Shown: in pieces, positions 19,229 to 28,367 of the stretch
Numbering within the stretch: the first letter of the stretch is position 1
Layout: the number at the start of each line of letters is the position of its first letter
Assembly: GCA_029210775.1 (NCBI GenBank)
Contig: JARGGI010000002.1
Location: 12,478-76,477 of the forward strand
Reading direction: 5' to 3'
Source: Patescibacteria group bacterium
GTDB lineage: Bacteria > Patescibacteriota > Minisyncoccia > JAHIHE01 > JAGLIN01
DNA length: 64,000 nt
The notes under the pieces: generated by a model
Database searches by the model: none
Seen by the model: only the letters and a program-made list of their open reading frames with translations
Told to the model about the DNA's origin: nothing
Position numbers and translations under genes: made by a program

Positions 19229-20767
19229 CTATTTAGCTCTCTTTTTTCTTCTCATAATCCTAAAAACTCCGTAAATATCAATCAAGATTGCGCCAGCAAA
19301 AATTGAAACAAACTTCCAATAATTTTTCTCAGATTCATCAAGTTCTTTCAATGGCCTGTCAATAATGTTTTTTGATCGAATTGAAGAAAGATTAACTAAG
19401 TTTGAAACCGAATCAACAAGATTCATAAAAAATGTGATATTATCAGGAATTTGTTTTGAAAAGTTAGGACTTACGAAATCAGAGTCTCCAACCACAAACA
19501 AGATTCCAGATTGTGAGTTTTCTTCTTTAGATTCAGAAATCGCTGCAATTGTCTTTTTTGATCCACCTAAAAAAACAAGTCTACTATCTGGTAATAAATT
19601 AAAACTATCAGACATTGTTTTTCCTTGATTCGTAGAGCTTAATAAAGATTTTGCCACATATTCATCTTTTTCAGATAGTTTTAAAGAGGATACCCATGGA
19701 AAAGTAACTGATTGAATTCCAGAAAGCGACGGATGGCTTTCAAAATTGTCTTGAACAGCTTTTACCCAAAACGGATATGGCTTGCTAACTGAGAAAAATC
19801 CTTGCTGATATGTGATATTAGAATTTGATTTGTCATATATTAAATCAGAATTAATTTCAATTCCATATTTTTTTATAAGTTCGTTTAAATTATTTTCAAC
19901 AGGCACTGCGTTTAAATTTTGTTGAACATCAGGAACAATGTTTTCAGAAGCAACAATTACATTTCCACCATTAGAAATAAATTCATCAATAACTGAAATT
20001 TCTTCACTTATAATTTCTTTTTCAGGTCCAATGATGATTAAAGTTAATGGAGTTATATATTCCTTTTCAACCTGTTCTTCTCCATCTTCATTTGTTTTAT
20101 TTTTTGAAATATAAAAACCTTTATTATCGCCTTCAATTTCAATTTGAACATCAGCTATTTCATAAGATTTTTTCAGGTCTTCAATTTGAACATCTTTTTC
20201 ACCGTGTCCAGTTAAAAATGCCACAGTTTCTTGCGAATCCCTTGAGACTGAATAGACTGCAGAGATAAAATCATATTCCCAGCTATTAATCGCTTGAATG
20301 ATTGGAATTGCTTCTCTTTTTATTTCACCATCTTTTTCAGAAGTAATTTCAACCCCAAAAAATCCTTGTTTAACTTCATATTTATCTTTTTCAATTACAT
20401 TAAATTGAAGCTGAGGAATTCCAATTTCTGCAAGTTCTTGGGCTTTTTCAGAAGTATTTTCTGGCTCAATATATGAAACCTTTAGTTTTGATCCTGCAAT
20501 ATCTTGATACTGATTCATCGAATCTAAAAGCTGTGTTTTTGTTGTGATTAAATCAGATGGCAAATCTTTTGAAATATAGAAATTAACGACAACTTCATCA
20601 TTCAGATTTTTGAGTATATCTTTTGATGCTTCCGAAGTGGTATAAATTTTTTCTTCCGTTAAATCAAAATAGACCGAATTTTGCGAAACTAAAAAATTAA
20701 TAGCTATCAAAAAAGATAGAAAAATTAAAACTGAACTTACTGAGGAATTTAGGATTTTTTTATTCAT
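19229..20767 (-). CDS. GldG-like ABC-transporter auxiliary protein (N- and C-terminal TM anchors)
   Basis: 512 aa with TM helices at both ends and a C-terminal ...FAGAILIDIYGVFRIMRRKKRAK tail. It is the last gene of an ABC ATPase/ABC-2 permease operon. Confidence 0.55.
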   Translation of the reverse strand: MNKKILNSSVSSVLIFLSFLIAINFLVSQNSVYFDLTEEKIYTTSEASKDILKNLNDEVVVNFYISKDLPSDLITTKTQLLDSMNQYQDIAGSKLKVSYIEPENTSEKAQELAEIGIPQLQFNVIEKDKYEVKQGFFGVEITSEKDGEIKREAIPIIQAINSWEYDFISAVYSVSRDSQETVAFLTGHGEKDVQIEDLKKSYEIADVQIEIEGDNKGFYISKNKTNEDGEEQVEKEYITPLTLIIIGPEKEIISEEISVIDEFISNGGNVIVASENIVPDVQQNLNAVPVENNLNELIKKYGIEINSDLIYDKSNSNITYQQGFFSVSKPYPFWVKAVQDNFESHPSLSGIQSVTFPWVSSLKLSEKDEYVAKSLLSSTNQGKTMSDSFNLLPDSRLVFLGGSKKTIAAISESKEENSQSGILFVVGDSDFVSPNFSKQIPDNITFFMNLVDSVSNLVNLSSIRSKNIIDRPLKELDESEKNYWKFVSIFAGAILIDIYGVFRIMRRKKRAK

Positions 20768-20777
20768 AATTTATTTA

Positions 20778-21494
20778 TTATCTCCAATTTTTTAAACTTA
20801 CCACTCTCGCATTTAAGAATAAGAAAAATATAATAATAGAAATATAATATAAAATATCAGAAAGCGAAATAACCCCACGCAGAATTGAATCGAAATGAGT
20901 TGCAAAACTCAAAAACTTTCCAACACTTGCAACTACAGAAGGCATCGTGTCTAAAATCATAGAATTTCCAATTATATAAAAAACAAATATAATCACAACG
21001 GTCACAAGAAATGAAATGATTTGATTTTTTGTAATGGAAGAAACCCAAAGTCCAATTGCAATATAAGATGAACCTAGGAATAATGCGCCAATATAACCTG
21101 CCAACATCACTCCCCTGTCAGGAGTTCCAAGATTTGTAATCATCATTGGAATTGTAAGTGTAAAGACAATCATAATCAAAAGAAAAACAAAACTAGACAA
21201 AAATTTTGCAATGACAACCTTCACAGTTGAAATTGGAAAACTCATCAAAACTTCAACGGTTCCACTTCTTTTTTCTTCTGACCAAGAAGACATCGTTACT
21301 GCCGGAAGAACGAACATAAACAAAATTGGTAAAAGATTGAAAAAGGATCTCATCGACGCCTGCCCAAAAATAAAAAATGATTGAATAAACATCCACCCTG
21401 AAATTACAAGAAAAACAGAAACAACAATATATCCGAGTGGAGAGTTGAAATTGGAATTTAGTTCTTTTTTTACAATTGTAATTGCTTTATTCAT
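20778..21494 (-). CDS. ABC-2 family transporter permease
   Basis: 238 aa with 6 TM helices. Its start overlaps the stop of the upstream ATPase gene. Confidence 0.7.
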   Translation of the reverse strand: MNKAITIVKKELNSNFNSPLGYIVVSVFLVISGWMFIQSFFIFGQASMRSFFNLLPILFMFVLPAVTMSSWSEEKRSGTVEVLMSFPISTVKVVIAKFLSSFVFLLIMIVFTLTIPMMITNLGTPDRGVMLAGYIGALFLGSSYIAIGLWVSSITKNQIISFLVTVVIIFVFYIIGNSMILDTMPSVVASVGKFLSFATHFDSILRGVISLSDILYYISIIIFFLFLNARVVSLKNWR

Positions 21495-22458
21495 CGTCTT
21501 TAGTTAAGTTGATAAATACATCTTCAAGATCAATTTGTTTTCTGACAAGTTCCAACAATCCATGATTTTCTTCAATTATAATTCTGGCAATTTCTTTTCT
21601 AATATCATTCTGAAGATTTGAATTTATAATGATTCTGTTTTCAATAATTTCAATATTATTAACCCCCTCAATAACTTCAAGCTTTTGGACTAGTCCGCTT
21701 CCTATTTTGTCAACTTCAATGTGAATAGTTGCTTTGTCTGCTCCACCTTTATTTTCCAGTTCCTCAGGAGTCCCGTCTGCAACAATTTTCCCTTTATTAA
21801 TAATCAAAACTCTTGAACAAGTTGCTTTGACTTCAGAAAGAACATGACTAGATAAAATCACAGTTTTTGATTTACCAATTTCTTTTATTAAATCTCTAAT
21901 TTCAATCCTCTGTTTTGGATCAAGTCCAGTGGTCGGCTCATCAAGAATTACAATTTCAGGATTATGAATAAGTGCCTGCGCAATTCCAGTTCTCTGACGA
22001 TATCCTTTTGACAAAGTCGAGATTTCTGCGTTTTTCTTTTCTCTCAGTCCGCATTTATTAATGACTTCGGAAAGCTTTTCATAAATCTCATCTGAACTAA
22101 TTCCTTGCATTTTTCCAACAAAAATTAAATATTCACTAACTGTCATATCTTCATATAATGGAGCTTGCTCTGGTAGATATCCAATTTTACCTTTGATTTG
22201 TTGTTGTAATAATGGTTGGCTAATGTCCATATTATTAACAGTAACTTTTCCTGAGGTTGATTCAAGAAATGAGACAAGAATTCGAAGTAAAGTTGTTTTT
22301 CCAGCTCCATTTGGACCCAAAATACCAACAACTTCTCCCTCTACGAGCTCAAAAGAAACTCCATTTAAAGCTGTAAAGTCACCATATTTTTTTACTAAAT
22401 TCTCAACTTTTATCATTTTGATTATTAAATATTTTAGATTAAAAAAAATAGAGAACAA
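21487..22458 (-). CDS. ABC transporter ATP-binding protein
   Basis: Walker A GPNGAGKTTLLRIL, signature LSKGYRQR, Walker B ILDEPTTGLD. Confidence 0.9.
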   Translation of the reverse strand: MFSIFFNLKYLIIKMIKVENLVKKYGDFTALNGVSFELVEGEVVGILGPNGAGKTTLLRILVSFLESTSGKVTVNNMDISQPLLQQQIKGKIGYLPEQAPLYEDMTVSEYLIFVGKMQGISSDEIYEKLSEVINKCGLREKKNAEISTLSKGYRQRTGIAQALIHNPEIVILDEPTTGLDPKQRIEIRDLIKEIGKSKTVILSSHVLSEVKATCSRVLIINKGKIVADGTPEELENKGGADKATIHIEVDKIGSGLVQKLEVIEGVNNIEIIENRIIINSNLQNDIRKEIARIIIEENHGLLELVRKQIDLEDVFINLTKDDE

Positions 22459-22502
22459 ACTGTTTTTTTACTTGAAAAATCTATTTGTAATCCACATTAG
22501 TA

Positions 22503-22531
22503 ATTTTATAATAAATTTATTTTCTTGGCAA
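22503..22531 (-). promoter_or_regulatory. Candidate sigma70-like promoter of the ABC/GldG operon
   Basis: Minus-strand TTGCCA, 17 nt, then TAAAAT, about 45 nt upstream of the ATG at 22458. Confidence 0.3.
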
Positions 22532-22948
22532 GGGATTATATTAGTGTGTAAAGGTTAAATAGAAATGTCCTATTTGGACATTTAAATTAATTTATTAGAA
22601 TATTGAAATTTTTTGCCACGGATGATTTGCAAAGTGTTTATTGATTTTAATGAGGATGCTCTGCATCTTGCGAGGCATTTGTTTGGTTTCGCGCGTTTTC
22701 GTTATAAAGATGCCCTACAAAACGCTGAGTATCCTCGTAACGAACATTGTCATATCTTTTATTTTTTTTTGAGACATAATAATGTACTTATCATCAATGG
22801 TGATATATATTTAGTCTATTTAATTAAACAACTAGATATCTTATCACATTAGATAGGAGATTATCACATAATTATCACAGACCCTTTAAAAAATACGAAA
22901 TATTATCTAATAATAGCTATAATAATTGAAAATAAATTATTTGTAATT

Positions 22949-23254
22949 TTATTCTTCTTTCGATTTGTCCATTTTATCTAATCTCAAGACCTTTACTCCA
23001 TAATAAACAACAAGAGCTATAATTAGAAAATCAATAATAACACTTACAAAACTCCCCCATAAAATTTGTGCAGAACCAACTTGTAGAACTGCATTATCAA
23101 GCCCCCCTGCTGTCCCGAGGGCAACTCCAATAATTGGATTAATAATATCAGTAACAAGTGATGCAACTACTTTTGAAACAGCTCCACCTAAAATAAAACC
23201 AACAGCAAGACCAACAACTCCTTGCTCTCTTATAAAATTTATAAAACCTCTCAT
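22949..23254 (-). CDS. mscL: Large-conductance mechanosensitive channel
   Basis: 101 aa with FIREQGVVGLAVGFILGGA and two TM helices, matching the MscL signature. Confidence 0.9.
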   Translation of the reverse strand: MRGFINFIREQGVVGLAVGFILGGAVSKVVASLVTDIINPIIGVALGTAGGLDNAVLQVGSAQILWGSFVSVIIDFLIIALVVYYGVKVLRLDKMDKSKEE

Positions 23255-23422
23255 ATTTTCTCACCGCCTTTCTATTTTATATATTGCATAAATGACATTA
23301 ATAGTCTATATGGTAATAGAGATTAATTTTATAAAAAAACAAAAACCAATTACACATTTGTTTTTGTATAAAAATTTTTGAAAAGTTTTTAAGATAGAAA
23401 AAATCATTTGTTTTTATTTTTA

Positions 23423-23686
23423 CTATCTTCTTATTTTTTGAACGGCATAATTTGCCATCTCTCTTGCCTTTTCTTCTGAGACTTTCATCTTTATCATTGC
23501 AAGCCTTACTAAATCATTAATTTTTTGCTCATCTATATCTATACTGTTAGATTCAGTACAACTCCTGCTTTTTGAACAAAATCTACAATTTTTTATGTTT
23601 CCTAAGGCTCCAACCATAACTCTTTTGTTTTTGTTCCAAGCTATAACACAATTTTGACAAATTTGCCTCTGTAATAGCTTTTCCAT
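23423..23686 (-). CDS. Hypothetical small Cys-rich (putative zinc-binding) protein
   Basis: 87 aa with CQNC...CRFC...C; function unrecognised. Confidence 0.35.
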   Translation of the reverse strand: MEKLLQRQICQNCVIAWNKNKRVMVGALGNIKNCRFCSKSRSCTESNSIDIDEQKINDLVRLAMIKMKVSEEKAREMANYAVQKIRR

Positions 23687-23737
23687 AATTTTGATTAATT
23701 GATTAGTTATATAATTTTCAAAATTTTACTAATTTCT

Positions 23738-23855
23738 TTGAATTACGAAATAGCTAAATTTGTCATAGTGAGCTTGTCGAACTATGATAAATTTGATGCA
23801 TTTTCCACCCTTTGACAAGCTTAGGGTGACAAATATATTGAATTTCGTAATTCAA
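23738..23855. mobile_element. MITE-like palindromic element of about 118 bp with GAATTACGAAAT terminal inverted repeats
   Basis: TTGAATTACGAAAT...TGTCATAGTGAGCTTGTC...CAAGCTTAGGGTGACA...ATTTCGTAATTCAA. A second, inverted copy is at 63124-63279. Confidence 0.55.
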
Positions 23856-24001
23856 AGTAATTTATACTTTGCTTTGAAAAATTTAGTGCTGGATTTTTAG
23901 TATAACAATTTTTTAAACAAGCAACCAGTAAAGTTTTCCACAGGAGAAAACAAAAAAAATCCAAAAAAATTATCATATAACAATCAACTCCTCAACTTAT
24001 A

Positions 24002-24030
24002 TTTCAGTAAGATATCATTTTGTGTATAAT
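24002..24030 (+). promoter_or_regulatory. Candidate promoter with a perfect -10 TATAAT preceded by TGTG and a weak -35
   Basis: tttcag, 17 nt, then tgtgTATAAT at 24021-24030, inside a 0.9-kb non-coding stretch. Confidence 0.3.
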
Positions 24031-24091
24031 GTCTATGCAAAAGATGAGATACATAGGTAATACCCCTAATTTGCCTAAAATCAAGAAAAAA

Positions 24092-24142
24092 GGCAGTGAA
24101 AAAACAAGCATCAAGCTTATTTAACACTGCCCTTTTTTTATT
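24092..24142 (+). terminator. Candidate intrinsic terminator
   Basis: GGCAGTG...CACTGCC stem followed by CTTTTTTTATTTT. Confidence 0.35.
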
Positions 24143-24628
24143 TTGCATTATAAACAATTGTTATGTATCTAATAAGGACAGTCCTTCTACCAATTTATGA
24201 AACAAAAACCAAAAACAGAGTCAAACGATATTCTTAATATAAAACTTCAAAGGAATGTTTTTTACATTTATTGTTTTACCATGTGCGGGATTTATATGTC
24301 ATTTCAGATGGAGGAATTTCTCTTTGTCTCACAGAATTATTTAATATAATTTAGTGTATACAAAAAAAGTCCTTTGACTCCTTTTGCCGTTCGAATTGAT
24401 AAACAATACTTAATTAGAATCTGGAACCAACCCCATATATCTCCAATTCACCTCTGTTAATCTCGTTTCTTCGCTGACCACGCACGCTGGATTACAACCA
24501 TCTTTTTCAAGTTCAGGCATTCTTTACAGATAAATCCACTAAGTTTTAGAATTTTCATTATAAAAATATTTATCAGTTAATATTCCGGCCATAGAACATT
24601 TTTTGCTTTCTCGGGCAATCACCAAAGC

Positions 24629-25213
24629 TTAGTCAGAGTTTAAGGGAAGAACGATTTCTCCGTTTTTCTCAAACAAAACAGGTATTTCCAGCGCATCATC
24701 GTTTTCTGGTAAATCCGACGGATTATCTTTTTGCAAAATCAATGTCCCATTGTTTTTATATTCAGGAACTTCAAATTCAATAACAGCCACAAACGGTACA
24801 AATTCTTCCGTCATCCATTCGCCTTGAGCTTGAGCAATTCCGTCACCGATAATCAATCCGTCCCAATTAGTTAAGACCACAGGGAAATCACCTTCAAAAA
24901 ACCAAAATCCCCTCGCCTGTCCTTTAATTACAAGAGGGCTTTTGATAGCTTGATTTGGACGCGGATAGTCAAGAAAAATGAGATCTGCTTTTTCATTTTC
25001 ATTTCCTATATATTCCGTAAAAGTTTTCTTGCCTGCTCGACATTGACGCGGATAACTTTCCATCACTGGATTACCATCCTTGACACACTCTTGAAAATTA
25101 TTAACCTTGACAACTTCTTCAACTTTATTATTTTTATAAACAAAGTTTAACCACCAAGCTCCAAGACCAGCCATAATAATAATTGTGATTATAATTAATA
25201 ATAGTTTATTCAT
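24629..25213 (-). CDS. Membrane-anchored Gmad2/GerM-like immunoglobulin-like domain protein
   Basis: N-terminal TM helix, then SPLVIKGQARGFWFFEGDFPVVLTNWDG, the Gmad2-type motif. Confidence 0.55.
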   Translation of the reverse strand: MNKLLLIIITIIIMAGLGAWWLNFVYKNNKVEEVVKVNNFQECVKDGNPVMESYPRQCRAGKKTFTEYIGNENEKADLIFLDYPRPNQAIKSPLVIKGQARGFWFFEGDFPVVLTNWDGLIIGDGIAQAQGEWMTEEFVPFVAVIEFEVPEYKNNGTLILQKDNPSDLPENDDALEIPVLFEKNGEIVLPLNSD

Positions 25214-25371
25214 ACGTTTAATTTATATTTAAAACTAACTTAATAATATAACTTTTAAAAAATTATGCAAATATTAAATTCACTAGTTTTATAATATATT
25301 TAACCTAATTTCTCAATCAAAAACCCCAAGAATAGTCCTGGGGTTTATATAAATACGATTTCAACTTTGCT

Positions 25372-27090
25372 CTATTGCTCTTCTACATAAGAACCTGAAA
25401 CCCAGCCAGATTTGCCAGATTTAGTTTTAATCTTATACCATCCATTTTTCTTTTCAATGAATTTATAGACTTCTGATTTTTTTACGGTGTCTAAAACAGC
25501 ACCTGCAGTTGAGCTATCGCTTCTCACTCTTAACACCAAAGCATCTACAATTTTTATCGAAACAGCTTCAGAATCTAAATCAGGATAACTTTTTAAAGTC
25601 TCTGCAATCACTTCTCGCACATCTTCCCAATTATATCCTGCTGCACTAAATTCTTCAGCAGTTCTTATCCAATGCTTCTTTCCATCTTTGATTTTATATA
25701 CTTTATGATCACCCACTGCTCTTAGAAGATCCGATGAAACTGCATCTTGATAAGCAACCAAGACCTCAGGAGATACTTCTTTAATTTGGTCCCAATTATA
25801 TCCTGCTGCGCTAAATTCTTCAGCAGTTCTTATCCAATGCTTCTTTCCATCTTTGATTTTATATACTTTATTGCTTCCGATTGCTCTCAAAAGATCAGAA
25901 ACAAGAGGCTCGGCATCGGGATATTTTTCAAGAAGTTCAGCTGATATTTCTTGAATTTTTTTCCAGTCATAACCTTTTTTTTCAAATTCCTTTGCAGTTT
26001 TGATCCAATGTTTTTTCTTATTTTTAATCACATAAACCTTATGACTTCCTGGCATTCTATAAAGAGTTACTCCAGAATGACAATTTGGCGTTGTTGGACC
26101 AGCAACTGCTCCATCTGGAGGTGTAATATTATCCTCATCTTCATCGTCACATTCATTATCTTCATCATCGTCATCATCTTCGTCTTCGTCATCACATTCA
26201 TCTTCGTCTTCGTCATCACATTTTTCATCAACAGTTCCACCTGTTGTTGTAAAAGTAAACGGATTGCTAACAACAGAATCGTCAGGAGTATTTTGAAGCG
26301 CCTTATCTGCATTATTGACCCCACCTACTGCCAAAGGGGCAATGAGTGTTACTGTTTCAACTGTTCCAGAAGCAAAATTACCAACCTTTTCAAATGTTAC
26401 AAATTTTTCAGAAACATCCCAAGACGGCATTGACCAATTTCCTGGGTTAGGAGAAATTGACCATTCATCATTTGCGCTAATGGTGGTTATGTCCATCTGT
26501 TCAGAAAAAGTAATAATAATGTTTGCATCTAACGAAATGTTCGTAGCACCATCCAAAGAAGTTCCATTTTGATCTTTAGCTGTCAAAATTATCGGGTGAG
26601 CGCCATCTTTTTCCTCGACATCGCTTGTAATTGAAGCCACACTAACACTCGTTGTGCCATTAGTAATTTTCAAATCTGAATCAGTTGCGTTATAAACAAC
26701 ATTCAAGGCTGTTCCAGATGTGTTTGCACTTAAATCTGTATCAGTCTCATCTAAAACCAACTTAAAAATCGCAATTATTCCATCTCCGCTCACAAACGAA
26801 ATAGAGCTGATAGTAACTGCATTACTTGAAGTTGAATCAGTAACTATAAATTTACCGATTGTTGTTGCCTCGTCAGTGGCATGATCAATTGCACTGGCAG
26901 AAGCAACTGCATAATCAACTGTGATATGCACTTCATCAATTTTACCATTTGAATTGGTGTCTTTTAATAAAATCCCGCCTGTGGAATTTAGGTCTCCGTC
27001 TGCCGCTCTTACGGCTTGTGATCCAAACATCAAACCGATTGCTAAAATCATTGATGTAAGCACCAAAATTCCCCTTTTATTTTGTTTCAT
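25372..27090 (-). CDS. Secreted surface protein with an acidic Cys/Asp/Glu low-complexity tract, three ~57-aa tandem repeats and a C-terminal SH3b-like domain
   Basis: Signal peptide, DEKCDDEDEDECDDEDEDDDDDEDNECDDEDED, three copies of KVYKIKDGKKHWIRTAEEFSAAGYNW..., and C-terminal ...GWYKIKTKSGKSGWVSGSYVEEQ. The DNA tandem repeats are visible at 25590-26090. Confidence 0.65.
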   Translation of the reverse strand: MKQNKRGILVLTSMILAIGLMFGSQAVRAADGDLNSTGGILLKDTNSNGKIDEVHITVDYAVASASAIDHATDEATTIGKFIVTDSTSSNAVTISSISFVSGDGIIAIFKLVLDETDTDLSANTSGTALNVVYNATDSDLKITNGTTSVSVASITSDVEEKDGAHPIILTAKDQNGTSLDGATNISLDANIIITFSEQMDITTISANDEWSISPNPGNWSMPSWDVSEKFVTFEKVGNFASGTVETVTLIAPLAVGGVNNADKALQNTPDDSVVSNPFTFTTTGGTVDEKCDDEDEDECDDEDEDDDDDEDNECDDEDEDNITPPDGAVAGPTTPNCHSGVTLYRMPGSHKVYVIKNKKKHWIKTAKEFEKKGYDWKKIQEISAELLEKYPDAEPLVSDLLRAIGSNKVYKIKDGKKHWIRTAEEFSAAGYNWDQIKEVSPEVLVAYQDAVSSDLLRAVGDHKVYKIKDGKKHWIRTAEEFSAAGYNWEDVREVIAETLKSYPDLDSEAVSIKIVDALVLRVRSDSSTAGAVLDTVKKSEVYKFIEKKNGWYKIKTKSGKSGWVSGSYVEEQ

Positions 27091-27419
27091 TTTTTTGTCC
27101 CTTTCTTTTAAAAAATTATGATTAAAAATTAATTAATTAAATATATTTAAATATTGTCAAAGATCTTTTTCTCTGCTTATGTTTAATATTATAACATATT
27201 TTAACTATTAATCAAAAGCCACCCTATATAATATAAGACGCGGGACAATTCCAAAACTTACATTATATAAAAACGCAAATATTAGCGATTATTTTGTCGC
27301 AGTAGTGACGGACCTATGTATCTGCCCTAATCGCAGAATAAATTTTGTTTTGTTGGTTTGAAAACCGTTACATTTTTTTTATTATATTCTTATATATTTT
27401 ATAACTTATTGATAGCCAA

Positions 27420-28367
27420 TTATATAAAATTTTTAAATAATAACAAAAATGTTGTTATATTACTTTTTATATAATACCCACTAACATAACTTGTAACCGT
27501 TTTATCCTGACTTCCAAAATCTGAACTATTTTTATTATCTTTTAAATAAAAATCAAACTCTTCATCTTCTAAATATCCTAAAAGAATCGCTAAACAAGCC
27601 CTACAATCAGAATTTACATTATCGATATTTTCTTCATTTAGGCCTTTCAAACTTTCAATACTTTTTAAATCGTTTTCTTGAGAATTAATAATCGAAACAT
27701 TATGTGAAAAATCACTACTAATAATGATCAATGCCCCCTCACCTACAACCATTTTAATATCATTACCAACATCAATATATTTTTTATAATCTTTGTTATT
27801 TTTTATAATTAAAGGAACAATTCTAACTTTTGGAAATGATTTTTTTATAAAAGGAACCAAGGTATAAATTGAATGTTCATTCCGAAAAACTGAATCATTT
27901 TCCTTTATATAATCAAAAGTCAATAATTTATCTTGTATTTCCAAATTGGAATCCATCTGACCAAAAGGAGTGTCCCATGATAGTTTAGTAGTCACAATAT
28001 CAATTTTACTTTTATCTAACTCTCCGTAATGATCTGGTCCTATGAGAATTATATTTCTAATTTCATTTCCATCAATTCCTGAAAAAAAATTTGCAATAAG
28101 ATTTTTCGCCAAAAAATGATGTGAGGTTATTCCAGCTTTAATTTCCTTCTTATTAATTTCAAAAACATTCAAAAATGCACTGTCATAATCTTTCTTATTT
28201 TTGAAATAACTACTTAACTTTTTTTCAGATTTATCAATATCTTTGTTGAGATTGCCTTTATAACTTGTATCTATTTGAAAATTTTCAAAAGAAAAATTGC
28301 CCACTATCATAATATATAGCGGGACAATTAATATAAGAATGAAAAATATGAAAACTTTATTTTTCAT
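27420..28367 (-). CDS. Memo-like protein (MEMO1/AmmeMemoRadiSam protein B family) with an N-terminal TM anchor
   Basis: GITSHHFLAKNLIANFF, ILIGPDHYG and SSDFSH motifs match MEMO1-family signatures. Confidence 0.5.
   Translation of the reverse strand: MKNKVFIFFILILIVPLYIMIVGNFSFENFQIDTSYKGNLNKDIDKSEKKLSSYFKNKKDYDSAFLNVFEINKKEIKAGITSHHFLAKNLIANFFSGIDGNEIRNIILIGPDHYGELDKSKIDIVTTKLSWDTPFGQMDSNLEIQDKLLTFDYIKENDSVFRNEHSIYTLVPFIKKSFPKVRIVPLIIKNNKDYKKYIDVGNDIKMVVGEGALIIISSDFSHNVSIINSQENDLKSIESLKGLNEENIDNVNSDCRACLAILLGYLEDEEFDFYLKDNKNSSDFGSQDKTVTSYVSGYYIKSNITTFLLLFKNFI

Noticed and set aside
22620-22760. Locally GC-richer segment with a long-range complementary pair (GAGGATGCTC / GAGTATCCTC), considered as a small structured RNA
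   Set aside because: No recognisable Rfam-like consensus (SRP, 6S, RNase P, tmRNA motifs absent) and no clear promoter or terminator. The evidence is too weak to call.
22841-22885. Three direct TTATCACA repeats resembling DnaA boxes (TTATCCACA)
   Set aside because: Each lacks the central C of the 9-mer consensus. No dnaA/dnaN or AT-rich unwinding element is adjacent. It is more likely a regulator site or chance.
25951-26433. 160-aa plus-strand ORF antisense to the acidic repeat region of the surface protein
   Set aside because: It is a compositional artefact of the GAT/GAA-rich tract on the opposite strand.
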